Below, piece after piece: positions 39,570 to 55,200 of a DNA stretch of 64,000 bases (its first letter is position 1; each line of letters starts with the position of its first letter). The DNA lies in contig JBHGNT010000016.1 in assembly GCA_043228905.1 (NCBI GenBank), positions 7,130,001 to 7,194,000 of the forward strand. Direction: 5' to 3'. Both the position numbers and the translations under genes were made by a program. Under the pieces are notes generated by a model that ran no database searches, was not told the origin of the DNA, and worked only from the letters and a program-made list of their open reading frames with translations. The DNA comes from Azolla caroliniana. Lineage: Eukaryota > Plantae > Polypodiophyta.

Positions 39570-42500
39570 ATGGATTCATCTCAGGACATTGATGCTGGAA
39601 TTTACAGGTCGCAAGACCCTAGGTTTTCTCGGCAAGGCTCTGTAAACCGTAACTCATCTCCAAGGTACTCCAAAGTTGGCATTGAACGCAAAAGCGTGGT
39701 CCAAGAGTATGTTTATCCTAATTCCTCATCAAGGCAGTCCTCTCCAGATATTGGACGTCAAAGTTCAAAGCAAATCAAATCCCATCAGGAGAGTGCACGC
39801 CAAAGTTTGATCCAGAGATCTTCTCAGGATAGTGGAGGTGAAAACTTGATGCAACGATTGTCTTTGAATAGTGCACATCAAAGTTTGGCACATAGATCTT
39901 CTCAAGATATTGAAGATGGAAGTTTGATCATGAAGAGGCCCTCTCAAGATAGTAGAGGTAGAAGTTTGAGTGTGCCGAGATCCTCTCAAGATAACAGAGA
40001 TGAAAGTTTGATTGTGCAAAGACCATCCCAGGAGAATGGAGATGAAAGCTTGATGCAGCGGTTCTCTTTGAATAGGGCACACCAAAGTGTGGGACAGAGA
40101 TCCGCGCAAGATAATAGAGATGGAAGTTTGATCATGCAAAGACCATCCCAGGAGAATGGAGATGAAAGACCGATGCAGCAGTTCTCTTTGAATAGTGCAC
40201 GCCAAAACTTTGGGCAGAGATCCTCCCAAGATAATGGAGATGGAAATTTTATCATGCAAAGACCATTCCAAGAGATTGGAGATGAAAGCTCGACGCAGAG
40301 GTTCTCTCTGAATAGTGCACGCCAAAACTTGGGACAGAGATCCTCTCAAGATAATGGAGATGGAAGTTTGATCATGCAAAGACCATCCCAGGAGAAAGGA
40401 GATGAAAGCTTCATGCAGCAGTTCTCTCTGAATAGTGCACGCCAAAGCTTTGGGCAGAGATCCTCTCAAGATTATGGAGATGGAAGTTTGATCATACAAA
40501 GATCATCCCAAGAGAATGGAGATGAAAGCTTGATGCAGCGGTTCTCTCTTAATAGTGAACATCAAAGCTTGGGGCAGAGATCCTCTCAAGATAATGGAGA
40601 TGGAAGTTTGATCATGCAAAGACCATTCCAGGAGAATGGAGATGAAAGCTCGTTGCAACGGTTCTCTTTGAATAGTGCACGCCAAAGCTTGGGGCAGAGA
40701 GGATCTCAAGATAATGGAGAAGGAAGTTTGATAATGCAAAGACCATTCCAGGAGAATGGAGATGAAAACTTGATGCAGCGGTTCTCTTTGAATAGTGCGC
40801 ACCAAAGCTTGGGGCAGAGAGGATCTCAAGAAAATGGAGATGGAAGTTTGATCATGCAAAGACCATTCCAGGAGAATGGAGATGAAAGCGCGATGCAGAG
40901 GTTCTCTCTGAATGGTGCACGCCAAAGCTTGATGCAGAGATCCTCTCAGGATGATGATGATGAACGCTGGAAGCAACGATTCTCTTTAGATAATGGACGC
41001 CAAAGCTTGATGCAAAAACCTTATGAGGAAGGTGCACACCAAAGCTTGATGCACCGATCCTCTCAGGATAATGGCGACAAAAGCTTGATGCAACATCTCT
41101 CTTCGGATAATGGATACCAAAGTGTGGTGCGAAGATCCTCTCTGGATAATGAAGATGAAACTTTGATGGAGCAGTTCTCTCAGAATAATGGAGATGAAAG
41201 CGTGATGCAACAATTTTCTCAGGATTATGGAGATGAAAGAATGATGCGGAGATTCTCTTCAGGTAGTGGGTTTCAAAATGTTATTCAGCGACCATCCCAG
41301 ATGAGTGGACGCCAAAGCTTGATGCAACCGACATCATATCAGGAGAACGAACCTCAATCCTTAGTCTCTCCAGAGAGCGGAGGTCAAAGCCTGAGGTTAC
41401 CATCATCCTCATCATATCAGGACAATGGACGTCAAAGCTTGGTCTCTTCAGAGGGTGGACTCCAAAGTTTTAGGCAGCAGTCATCTCGGGAGAGTGCACG
41501 CCAGAGCATGAGAGACCTAACATATGAGGACAGTGGATATCCAAACTTAATGCAACGGTCCTCTCTAGAGGGACAATTCAATATCGAGAATGAAAGTCAA
41601 AGCTCAATGCAGGGATCCTCACAAGAGGGTGGACGACAAAGCTTGATGTGGAAATCTTCTCAGGAGACTGAGCATCAAAGCTCGATGCAGCAAGAACCCA
41701 GGTATTCTTCTCAAATGAGCAGGAAAAAAAGCTTGGCAAGACAAGATTCTAATTATCCTCGTTTATCATCAAGACCTTCCTCACTGGAAAGTCAAGGATT
41801 AAGCGTCCAGCAAGAATCTAAACCACCAAGGGTTTCATCACTTGAGATTGATCATCAAAGCTTAGGACAAAAAGAGTTCATCCATCCTGACTCATCAGTT
41901 TTTGACAAGAGTGATAGTAAAACTTTAAGTCAAACATCTAGACAGTCTCTTGAAACTCTCAGACGTGAATCATACAATAGTAACACTGAAGCCACTGAAT
42001 TTGGTCAAGATGACGAAGAGTCAATATATTCATTATCCCTAGGGCGGTTGTCATTTCAGCAGAATTTAACAAATGGGGATGACTACAAAGAGGTGGAGAA
42101 TGAAGTACCTTTATACACAACCTCAGATTTACTGTCATCTCGTCACAGCTTTGAAGGAGAGGATCAAGGAGAAATGCAGGTTTATATGGAACGGGGATCT
42201 TTTCTAAATGAAGATAGGAAGGAATACAATCAACAATATACTGATGGATCTCCAGAAAAGCACCAGGATGAATCCCGTGACCTACGACTTGAGGTATACA
42301 TTCCGTTGTGTTGGTATTTGTTTTTTTTGTGTCAGGTTTCATGACTTTGTGCTTCATCTCAAGCTAGTCACATGAGAAATAGAACACATAACTGTGCACT
42401 CCTTTTAGAGTAAATAATCCCTGAAGATAATGGAGCAGAACATGGAAAAAAATCCCAACTGAATGAGAATACCTTTTTCTATTATAGTTATCCTCAGGCA

Positions 42501-45500
42501 TTTCTGCATGTGATAGCCAGTTGTTTTTCACTTTTCGAAGAATTCTCTCTTAGGTAACCTTGGTCCTTGTCAAAGTTGAATATAGTGTTTCTTTACTTGA
42601 GAAGTCAGTAATTCTCTTATTACTTGAGAGAAAACCAAATTTGGTGGAAGCTCAAATCACACATTTTTGAAGCAAACGAGGTTTCTTTTGTTATTTTGGA
42701 ATGCATTACAAGGGGTCTGGATACTTTGTAATGCTGGAGTATAGAAAGAATGGAATAGGTTTCAAATGAATTCTGAATACCAATATCCCCCTGTTATATT
42801 AAAGTTTTTTGGTTTGCATATTGCATTACTTTTTTCAATCCTCTTTGATGGGCTATTCTTCTATTGTCAAAGTATATAACCTGCAATATAGAACTATAAT
42901 AAAGAATCAACTGAAGTGGCGTTGAACTAAGCCCTAATATAGTTATAGTGTAATTTGACGCTGTTACAGTGACAGTTTCGACATTCATTAATTTGTAACC
43001 TAATGAAGGAAGATGGGTAGTAGTACCTATCTTATTGTCCTTTGCTGCCACAGATATTCGATGTATAGAAGATACTGTGATCGCACATGGAAAAATAAGC
43101 AGCTTCACTTTAGTGAGGACAGGATACATATTTAGGTAGTTGTGTCAATGTCTATGAATGTTGTGGGTAATGTTGAGTAAATGTACTGGAAACAGCCAAA
43201 AGCTTAGCTGATATTGTGGATGATAATAAGTCACAGGATGTAGACGAATCCAAAGTTGGGGAACAACAGAGTGAAGTATTACCAAATGAAATCTCTACAC
43301 CCTTTGGGAGTGAGCGTAAAAGTTTGGTGCAAGATTTTATTTATCCAACATCTAGGAATTCTTTTCGAAAGAGCATTTCACCAACAGATGAGGGTGTTGA
43401 TCAAAGAACAGTGATCCCTGACATAACTAATCAACGTCGTTCATCATTGAGGCTTTTTTCTAGGTTGAGCATCAACAACACGGAGAATGATTTGACAAAA
43501 CTTCAGAGTCAAGAGTTAATGTATTCTCCATCATTTTCCAGAGTGTCCTCAAAACAGGAATTTGAGCTAGAAACAAGCAAGACCAATTTGCAGAGTATAC
43601 CACAAAGATCTGATGGAACAGATTTTTTAGCATTAGGAAGGAAATCATTTCAGAAAAACGTAAGACATGAGCATGATCAAGGGGAAATTCATCCTAAAGA
43701 TTTTTCCTTTATAGATTCAGCTGCGAAATCTAATGATCAAGTTCTTGAAGAAGAGAATAATGAGGATATGCAGACATATATGGAGTTGGAATATGGTGCT
43801 CCATCACATGAAGGCCCAGGTGATAAAATTTCTAATGAAGAATATGCTGATAGAACTCCTGGAGTCAAACGCCAGCACAAGTTAAATGACACTAATCTTG
43901 ATGAGGTATACAAAGTTTGGCGCCTACTATGATTTGTTAGGTGACAAATTTTTTTGTGGATTTTAAATATAAACTGCGTATTGCATTGCTTTTTAAGGTT
44001 TTTCTTGTTTGAGTTGAATTTTTGAAAAACGAACCATTAAGATATGCATCATTATCAAACATTACCTTATTGAAAAATCGATTGCTGTGGATCAGGCAGT
44101 AGACCTTGATGCTTGTAAGTCAGTTAGTCAGGAAGCCTCTTTAAAATGTTAATGCTATGTTTGATCAGCAGTAATAGTAGAATTTGTATTTTATTTTTCT
44201 TGTCTTTCTTTTCTCCAGTTCACATGATTTGAAAAAGGAACTCCAATCTTGTTAAAATCAGAACTAAACAATGCCTTTAAGTACAAAGAATTGAGTATTT
44301 CAATTATGTATTTTGATGCTGATTTTACAATCACCATGTTAAGGACTATTGGATGACTTCTCTTCTAATCCGGATTTTGTTAAAAACCATAGTAGATGTA
44401 GTATAAGCTGCATTTTGTGGAAAACGCAAGATCTGTAATTCTCTTGATTGTACTTCTCGTTGCCTTCGCGTGAGAAGCTTGATTTCTCTAGATAGATTGT
44501 TCATAAGCAAGATGAATTCTTTTAAGGATAATACAAAATTGGCTTTCCTCTGGATTGACCTATGCTAGAGATCTTCTGAAGATAAAAGTTATAATATATC
44601 TAACTTGAGAACCTCACATGCGCTGAAAACCAGATTCTTTCGTCTCTTTTTTTATCTTATTTACTTTTATATTTACTGAGTAATATTTATTCTATTGTGA
44701 TTTGTTGTTATCAAAGACGAGACAACATTTAAGATGTAATCTCTTGTTTGGTCTTATATTTCTTTCTTTCTGAGGAATTTGTCAATTGTGTCATCAAGGA
44801 GTGGAATCTGAAGAACACTATGTTTGTCATTGTAGTATCTTTTATGAAATCAGAGGGAGATACCATTGCCTCTTTAAACAAGGCTTTGGCCCACTACACA
44901 AGGTAATGGAATATGAGGACCAACGACGCCTAGGACTTTTCTTGCTAGAGCTCAAGAGACATTGGGAAAAGTTGTTGAAGAATACAGCCACACAAGCTCA
45001 TCCACAAAGAACAAGCACTCCTACTAATCCTACAAGTCCATCATGGGATACACAAATGAGCTCCAGACCAGGACATAACAAAGGGGTTACAATTGAATGG
45101 GCAATAGTAATTTGCCGTGCACGTAGGCCCCGCCCCCATGGACCACGACCTCGACACCCTTGTCATCGACAGATAAAAGCCATTATCTCCCGCCATCATA
45201 GGTGCTTCCCTCGCTTCGGAGACATTTCCATTCTGGATTGACCTATGCTAGAGATCTTTTGAAGACAAAAGCTACACTATACCTAACTTGAGGATCTCAC
45301 ATGTGCCAAAAACCAGATTCCCTCGTTTCTTCTCTTTTCATCTTATTTACTTTTATATTTACTGTGTAGTATTTGTTTTATTTTGATTTGTTCTCAAAGA
45401 CGAGACAACACTCGAGATGTAATCTCTTATTTGGTCTTATAGGCCATTTTGGCCTCTTAAAAGACGTTAATATATCTTTCTTTCTTCTTTACATCTATCC

Positions 45501-48500
45501 TATGGGATGTGCAGTGTGATAAGGCAACTGTGAACTTCATCACATCAGTTAGAGATTGAGGTAGGCAGATATGCACGAATACCTCTAAACGAAAGAATTG
45601 ATCAATTCTGTCATTAGAGAGTGGAATCTGAAGAACACTATGGTTGGCACTGTAGTATTTTTTATGAAATAAGAGGGAGATACCATTGCCTCTTTAAACA
45701 AGGCTTTGGCCCACAACCCAAGGTAATGGAATATGAGGACCAATGATGCTTGTGGCTTTTCTTGCTAGAACTGAGGAACCATAGGGAAAAGTTGCTGATG
45801 GACAACTTTACAGCCACACAATCAACAAAGAACAATCACAACTTTCTTTAGCCCCATGACTCCTGCTCATGTTACTTGTCAATCCAGGGCTACTCAAATG
45901 GGCTCTTGACCAGGACATAACAAAGGGGATACGATAGATCAGGCAATAACAATTTGTCACGCACATGGGCCTTGGCCCCATGGACCATGATCTCACCACC
46001 CTTGTCCTTGACAGTTAAAGGCCATTATCTCTTGCCATTGTAGGTGCTTGCCTCACTTTGGAGACCTCTCCATTCTGGAGCAACTTATGCTAGAGATATT
46101 TCAAAGAAAAAATTACAATATATTTGACTTGAGAATCTTATATGTGACGATAACAAGATTCTTTAGTCTCTTTTTATCTTATTTACTTATTTACTTAGTA
46201 ACATTTATTTATTTCGATTTGTTGTTCGCAAAGACGAGATGGCACTTACGATGTAATCTCTTGTTTGGTCTTATAGGGCATTTTGGCCTCTTAAAAGAAA
46301 TTAACACCTTACAATCAGGTGAAGTGGAACTTTGTGAAAGCCTTTAAGTTGTGTATGCGCTCTCCACAACATTGGATCTCATATTTCCTGGATTTACTGG
46401 TAAACTTCTTAAGGATATACTGTTCACTGATATTTTGGCCCTCGTTTCCCTCACACACATTTGGTTTCCAGCACTGGCCATTAGTATCATTTGTAACAAT
46501 GCCATGGAGAGATTAGAAAACCATCATTTGGTTCTTAAGGATATACTGTTCACTGATATTTTGGCCCTGGCTTCCCTCTCACACATTTGGTTTCCAGCAC
46601 TGGCCATTAGTATCATTTGTAACAATGCCATGGAGAGATTAGAAAACCATCATTTTCACAGCAGATTTACCTCACCCCTATTCCCCCTTCCTTTTCTTAT
46701 GCCTTTTTAAAGATGTGTCTCCATCTTTGCCATGGCATGATCATTGAAATGCCAACAAAGAAGAAATTCTGGCTAAATGCTGCCTATCATTTCCTTGTCC
46801 TTGCATAATTTTGTGATGCACAAATAGCTTATGCTTTGCTATTTCTGCTTATATCGTACTGTTCCAATCATCATCTTTAAATCTTGATTTTACACACTTT
46901 TTTCCTGCCTTGCTTTCCTTTTGTCTCAACATTTTGAGTTTAGCGTATTCATTGTTTTTGAGGCCTAATAACTGCAGAATCAAGAGTCAATGCATTCTTC
47001 ATCATTTGCAAAGGGGCATTTTGAAACAGCCTTTGAGATGGAATCAGATGGTAATGATGATGAAGGAATGGAGGAAGAAGAGGATATTGAATATCTACCT
47101 TCAGCAGCATCTGCTGGTGAAATTTATGATGAGGAAGATCTTGATGGATCCCTCGAAGAAAGACAAGAAGATGATGCCAGTGGCCAAGATTTCGAGGTAT
47201 GATCTTGATTCTATAAATATATGGCTTTTGCCACCATAACCTGAGTATAGCTTGGCAATTAAGTTGTTGAAACTTCCTATTATTGGAACCTCGCTGATAT
47301 TTAACATTGAGGAAGAAAGTACTAGACTTTTTGGTCATTGAGCAATTATGTAAATGTAATGATGTGGAAAGGCATGTAGGTTTTGGGGGTTTCCCCTTTT
47401 GGGACTTGGGATAAATGACCTGGAGTATAGATATCATTAAAAAATGCATATTACGTACTAGAATACTCTAGTCATTTTCGCAATTTGTTGTTTTTGACTA
47501 TATTTCAGCTACACCGATGTTAATGGGCAATTATGTGCTGTACATAAGCGGCAGATGTCTCTATATTGTATTAGAACAACCTTACAAACTCGCTAGACCA
47601 ATGTTAGGGAGTGCAAACTTATTTTGGTTTAAAATCGTATTCTTGCATCTTTAAATTTATAGAATCCCATAGACGGTATTAAACATGTTGCATGTAAGTA
47701 TTCTTCTCGTTGGGCTTTTGCAGGATAATGATGGACCAAGTGGAGGTGAATGTGACAATCAATCGGAGCATAAACTCCAATCAAAGTAAGAATTGAAGAT
47801 ATACTAGATTTGCTGATGAAATTGACAGGCTTGCACTTAATTAAGTGTAGAGGTCGTAATTAGGTATGAGCCTGCTTCAGTTTCGGTTTTATTTGGTTTC
47901 TTGGCCTTGAAACCAAAGCGAATCAAACTGAACCATTTATATGTAACAAAAATCAAACCAAACTGTTTAAGGAAATGTTGAAACCAAACGCAACAAAAAC
48001 CAAACCAAAGCGTTTAAGGAAAAGTTCAAACCAAATCGAATCATTTTATCACAAGTCTAAACCAAACCATTTAGCTCAAATTAATTAAACAAAAAAGCAT
48101 CTACCGCCAAAATGATTAAATTAAGTAAATCATTAGAAATGAAAAAACCATTAGGCAAACAAAAAAAGTTAATTAAAAACTGAGCCACTTAAATGGATAA
48201 ACTCATGAACCTGAGTTTTAGAAACAAACTGAACTCAAACCAAACTATTGAAACCAAACCATTTAACCATATTTGAACTGATAAACCGTTAAACCATGAC
48301 TTAACGGTTCAGTTCAGTTTGAGCTGGACCAGGCCCCATAGCTAGTCGTAATGCTCTATTTAATTGTGTTTACAGAGTAGCTGTATCAGCATGCAAGTTC
48401 ATACACTGCATTCATAGGTTTCTAGTGTATGTTTGAGTCAATGGTGTGTAGTATGTACTTCAACACTATTTAAAGTACTTGCATTTTGTAGAAATTAGAA

Positions 48501-49224
48501 TTCTGTCCCCAAAGTAAGATACTTGCATATTGTAGGATAGGCAGGCCATGTAATGAATTGTTCTTGCATAGGCAGGATAGTGCATAATCTTATTTATTAA
48601 TTCTTGTACAAACTGATTCAGGCCGTGTAATGAATCTGAACCACAATGTCACATGTGATCCATGTCCAAATGTCAAAGAAATTTGAAGGTGATAAAATAA
48701 CTGAAATGCAGTGCTTAATGTTGTCAATGTTATAGGTGTACAATATAGTTGCTGAGAATGCTCATTCCCAGCTGGGAAATGAAGCAAATCTGTCTAATTT
48801 CAGTATTCAATCATGTTGAGAATCAAGCTCAACTTGTGTGAACATGTGCTTATGAAGAAAAGGACGATGTGTGAAAAAGTGTGTGAGCACACTTTATTGT
48901 ACTCGGTGTAGTTGTCGAGTGTGTGTGAGCACACTTTATTGTAATCCTTGTAGTTGTCGAGCGTTAATGTGGTCAAAGAATATTAGATATTCTTATGACA
49001 AAATCGTACTCAAGTGGATATCTTGGTTAGATTCCACCAACACATTTAATATGGCAGTCCCTTGAGGACTTGTATATAAAACCCCCTTTGCCCATTTTGT
49101 TTTGTTAATGATCTTTAGTTAATTAATATCGCTCTCTCAAGTGCATAAGCTGTCATCCCCCTACTGTATGTTTTCTTATTTTTCTGGTTATTCTCTGTAA
49201 TTCCTTCTCTTGCTTATACACTCA

Positions 49225-49255
<31 letters not shown>

Positions 49256-52200
49256 TACGCTTCTGAATTCTCAACTCTACTAGAGTTAGATTCTTTACAA
49301 ATCCTTTCCATGCACTTGACCAATTTTAATTTTTTTGGCATTGCGCACAATAATCTTATAATGTTGAATAAGGATACGATATAGGTTTCTATTATTCTAA
49401 CCCAGTGTGTAGGTATATATGTAGGGATTTATTACATATAGATGAGTAAGAGCAACCTTCCAATGGCTTTTGAGTAAGAAGAAGATATCATATTTGGCTA
49501 AATAAGAATCAAGTGTTAAGAAAAGTGACGTGATTCTAATGGGTTGTCAGGGTTGTGGCTAGGATGATTGGAGTGAAACAAGAATTCCCACTATCACCCA
49601 CTCTGTTTCTTCCTTATATTGATGAAGGATCAAATTACATAGAAAGATTGAGTAGTGAGGGAGCATGCTTGGTGCAGATAGCCGCACTGATATCACTATA
49701 TGCTGATGACTTTGTGCTCATTTCTGACTCGCTGGGGGAATTACAAAGACATCTCGATGCTTTGAAGCCATTTTGTGAGGACGGATTTTTTGCTGAGCCT
49801 TGATAAAACTAAAGTGATGATGCTTAAGACCACTCAAGCATGGGCAATGCGATGAAAACCAGATTTCTTTGTGTGAGAATAAAAGGTTGCATATGCACAG
49901 CCCCACGATACCTAGGACTAACATTTACAGGGCTCTAGTTCTTCTGATGGAAGGCTGCCTATGGTTGACTTTCTCGAGGATTCTCTGTCTAGGAAAAGAT
50001 TGGTTGATATCATGTGGACTCTAGAAAATATTAATTGATATCATATTTACATCCTAGTCTATGATGCGTCAAATTTTAATGTAGTAGCTGATCCTAATCT
50101 TTTGTGCCTGAAGACTTGGTGGAAATTCTTATCACAACATGTCTGTTGTAGGAGTTTCATTAACTTGGAAGGAACTATGGGAAGCTTTAAAAGAGGATTC
50201 GGCAGCTCTAGGTCCTTTATAAAAGTACCATTTGGTGCATCTGAGCTCTCCTATGAAGGTTTTGCAAAGGCACATTTTGTTGAGCCAAGTGCTGGTATTT
50301 GGCCTATTATCTGGAAAACAGTGGCCATCCAGGATCTTATCAGATTCTCGAAGGCAAGAAATTTGAGAAATTGAATGTTCAGAATCGAAAGATAGCAATA
50401 TATTAATATGGCAGAATTATTTGCTTTTATTACAGGATCTACTTACACAACCATTGCTACAAAGATTGGCAGCGGCACCTCACAAACAATATGCTGTTTT
50501 TGCTTTTACGCGTATGAATGACCATGCTTATTTTCTCTCATTCATAAAAAAAAGTTATCCAATTTCAAGTTTTCAATGATGATGATGTGGGGGAGGGACT
50601 AATGCCCACCCCAACCCATGAATACTTAAAACATGATAATCACAAATAAATGTTTTTATGCATGGTATTTAAAGTCATTAGTGATAAAATTGCATTTTTC
50701 TTATATGTAAATCACATTTGACTGAAAGAAAGAATGAAACAAGCTGCTGAAGCTCTGTTATTATGTTCAGTTTTAGGATATCATTAGGCTTATGAAAATA
50801 ATTCCCTTGAAAAGATGAGATTCATTGGCTAAGAATGATTATTCAAAATTGTTGAAAAACACAATGGAACAGTCCACGAAGCCACTGGATTAGGGAATTA
50901 TAGGAAAACCCATCAATTTCCTGTTTGGAATAAAAATCTGTCAGTTAATGGGCTTCTATGATAAGAGTTGTTTGGGGTTATTTTTTGTGGATTTAAAGAG
51001 TCTCAGAAGTGGCCTGTACAAAGGCAGATGCCAAACTTCTTCAGAAGGCCACATCAAAGAACATGCACAATAATTACTTTGTAGAGGAATATTTCTTGAT
51101 CTAGCAGTTCATTTAGTTCTCTTCAGACACTCAATGATACACTTATTATTACATAGAAGACATAGCCTGTATCAAAAGATGCATAGTATCATAGGAGCTT
51201 AGAAAGTGAATTTTAGGACTAAAACTGGGGTTGCAGGTTCTAGTATCATCACTTAGGAGCCATGACTCAATTAGTTGGCAGGTTATGAATCTTTCTCTTG
51301 GTTCAAAATTGCTCATGTGTATTCTAAGGATGTGTTTCCCAGCCTGTTCTTGAAATGGAAATTAGAAATGATGATCAATAGAATCAGTCTCACAATATGA
51401 TAATCAATAGAAGCAATCCATAATATGATAATCAATAGAAGAAATCTCATAATAGAATATTTGGAGAAAAGGATGTTGACATATTTCAAACCTTAGGAAT
51501 TTTGAATTGTGATGGGGATTGTGGATTATTATTAGAACTCTATAATGCCATACCCAATAGTTCCTCTACAGTTGGGAATTGTAGTCCGAGCAAGAATGTA
51601 GGATACTTAGAAATTCAATGTGATGTAACTAAATTTATCCACTTGGATAAGCTGATATGATGTGGCCATTTACATATCTGACACCATTGGTGATATTTAT
51701 AGTTGCATGAAACAGATACTATTCATTCATGGAAACTGTTGTAGGGCTTAAAAAAATAGAGTGTGTTGGTAGCCAAGGAAGAGGATTACATACCAGTCTA
51801 GAGCTTGCTTGGATATTGTGGGTCCAAATGAGCAATGTGATTGATCCTCTACGCTGAGGGTTGTAGTAGTTTTAAAATTTTTTAAGTTTGAGGATTTAAT
51901 TGGGGCTCCTAATCTAGTGGCTAAAGACAAAGTGCTTTTAGGCCGTGAGTATCTTTCAGATAATGTCAATTAAACATCATTATTTCAGAAAAGCTGTTAA
52001 CAGGAAAAAGCTAAAATTGAAGACAACATTAATTATGCTTTTAGAAATGGTTCTGAAATGCATAAAATTTCTTTTATGTAAATTTATTTGATACAGATCT
52101 TTTAGCATACATGGGGGATATCCCAACTGTGCAAGATGTCATTTATCATATACAGCAAATACTAATGCTGGGTATAACATGTTCTGATCTTAGAGATGAA

Positions 52201-55200
52201 ATTTTCTGTCAAATATGTAAGCAGACCACAGCTAATCCGAGCAGGTACTTCAGAGAACAAACTCAAAAGACCCAAAAGTTACATAATATTAAAACCTAGA
52301 TTATTTTTGTGTTTTTTTTCTAGAACGTGATTTGGCTCATGGAGATTAAGGGATTGTTTTCTTAGCAACAGATCATGCATATAAAATAAATTTAAATGTA
52401 TTCAAATATGTAAGCAGACCACAGCTAATCCGAGCAGGTACTTCAGAGAACAAACTCAAAAGACCCAAAAGTTACATAATATTAAAACCTAGATTATTTT
52501 TGTGTTTTTTTTCTAGAACGTGATTTGGCTCATGGAGATTAAGGGATTGTTTTCTTAGCAACATATCATGCATATAAAATAAATTTAAATGTATTCATAC
52601 TTTTGCATATAGATGGAGTAACAGTAGAGGATGGCAAGCAATGGCATTGTGTGTTGGTACCTTCGCGCCTTCTTCAACTTTCCGCCCTTTTTTGGAGGCA
52701 CATTTGGAGCAGGTATTCATGTTTGGCTAACTGCATTACTTCTGTTCCTCTTTTGGAGATGCATTTTCGTCCTTCTATTTCGTGATCCTTATAATTTGGC
52801 TTTTGCTTCTTCAAAGATTTTTCTTAACTAAATGCTCACTAATTAACTTTCCGTTCTGCTACCTCACTGGCTACTTTTCGTTTTCCAATTTAATCAATAA
52901 AATGTTCATTTCCGTTAATTGTTGAGAACAATGCTTTTAATCACCATTTGGTTATTCCATTTCACATGATTACATCATTTCTCACTATGGAATCTTAAAC
53001 TCTATCCTTTGCTTATTTGTTTAAACTTATCTATGGTTTTCAATACGATAGTATTCATTTTCCTTTTTGTTTGCTAATTATTTCCATATTACTTTGATAA
53101 ATTCTCCAACAATCTCGTGTCTGATTTCTAGAATGTTTTATTTAGATTTGAACCCGGTAAAACCAACATCATTCTAGATTCTTGTAGCAGTTACTTGAAA
53201 AACGTTCTAAGAAATTAGGTTATTGTTCAATGTCAGTGAATGAACTTTAGTATTTGGTTAAACAAGCTGATGTCCCTTGTGAAAGTAGTTAGATCGCAAA
53301 CAACATTGAAGGAGATATCTCAGTCTTAAACAATTTACACTTTCAGGTGTATGGCTTACTACCTCTAACGGTGGACTCTAAGATTTTATATAAATATTAA
53401 CTATTTTTTTCGGTTAGTTTTTAGTATAAATAGAATAGATATATGTGTACAACTTTCCTAGCTAGTTGTAACTATCCTAGAATCAAGATCTACGGGGGTT
53501 TGGACATTTACTCAATTGTTGGCGAGATGAGTAAGAGGGGAATGTCAAACCACTCCTAAAACTGCAAGAAAACATTGGAGAATGAGCAAGAAAGGCCTAA
53601 ACCTAGTACCTCAATATGCACGAACTGGCTAAGACCTACTCGACCGCTCTTAACTACTTGAACCTTAACGATTAAGACACTTAATGCTATTCATAAGGAA
53701 AAGATATGAAAGGCAAGAAATAAAGCACTGACAATGGTTTAAGCAGCCTCCACCGATAAGTTACAACCAATGCAAAAACTTGAGATAGAAGCATTAGTGT
53801 GGGCCTTATATTAGATCGGCAGATTAAGATTAAAATTATAGCTCATAAGGAGATAGAGATTAGAAAAGGTTTAAGCTCTAGTACAAGTTCTCTAAAAATG
53901 AATAAGAAGTGTGAAAGACTTATAAAAAGTATCTTTTATTGTTTTTGCAATGTTTGAGCCTTTTCAGGTTCTCTCATTAGTCTTCTCTTCCTTTGCCTCT
54001 TTCCTGTGCATGACACTTGTTCCTTCTCTTTTGACTGATGTCTAGGTGCACAGAAATGGTTAACATTCCCCTGGCTTAATGAGTGCAAAATCCTGGGTAC
54101 AACCATTCACAAAGTTGAATCGCTGAGGTCTGAGTTGAGGGTGTCGGGTGGGGGAAGGTGGAGGAGGCAATACCATTGAATGTTGGATTGTCTCATGAAA
54201 TGTGAACTGGGCATACGGCTGAATGCATTAGAAGCTGGGATGAACTGCATATCAGCAATTGACTCAAAGTTATGTTGGGTGGTGCATTGGGAGGATATGG
54301 ACTGGCATTCATAAGCCAATTTTTGCTGTAGGTGGGGTCTTCGTGGAGGTCGAAGTTGATACCCCACTCCTGGTGACCATGTTTGTGGAAGTGTGGGTGA
54401 CTATACGTGCTTGTTGTCTTGATGATGTGGAGGATTTGGATGATAATGGCCTTGATTTGTGGATAACAAAAGTGACTGGGTACCAGTCTTTAGAAAAGCA
54501 GTATAGAGGTGATAAAGTTTAAACAATAAATTATTATATGCTGGGGAATAACTCTTTCCATTTTTAGGATAGGGCCAATAGGGTTTATTATACTTTTGCA
54601 ATGATGAGTATTGAATAAGGAAATATATGTGATAGGTTGCTGGGCACTTCGCTGGTGAATGGGCAGGTGACACAATGAGCTATCAAGAAGAAGGGATGTC
54701 TAACCCGTCAAAGGCTGCTGAGTATTGTTTAACAAGGTTGCATAAGCTTGCACAAGCAGGTGCAAGGCGCATTCCACCATTGCATGTGGAAATTAATGCT
54801 GTAGAGGTAAATTTTCAAAATGTCTGTGAAAAAGCTCGTTCAGCATAGATGGCATTTTAATTCAACTACTCAGTAGCACTAGGATTTTTATGAGGTTTCT
54901 GAGGTGCTCGAACTGAATGTTTTCTATATTTCCATATGGATATGTATTTGCCATATAATTGGTGAGATGGTACTGTATGTGTTGACTTATGTATTCATTA
55001 TGGATGGCTTGAATCTGCAAGATGATACATTTGTGTGATAACAAAACATTATGTCCCAGGTAATCACAAGAAAAATGATTGAACTAGTACTCCATATAAT
55101 ATAGATCTACTAAATGATATCATGATTGAAATAGTATTCCATCTAATATAGATCTAATACCTACATGACAAGATGATACTTGAAGGATCAACATTTGTGT

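Noticed and set aside
39765-41213. Repetitive minus-strand ORFs (244 aa, 157 aa)
   Set aside because: They are antisense shadows of the 120-bp coding repeat.
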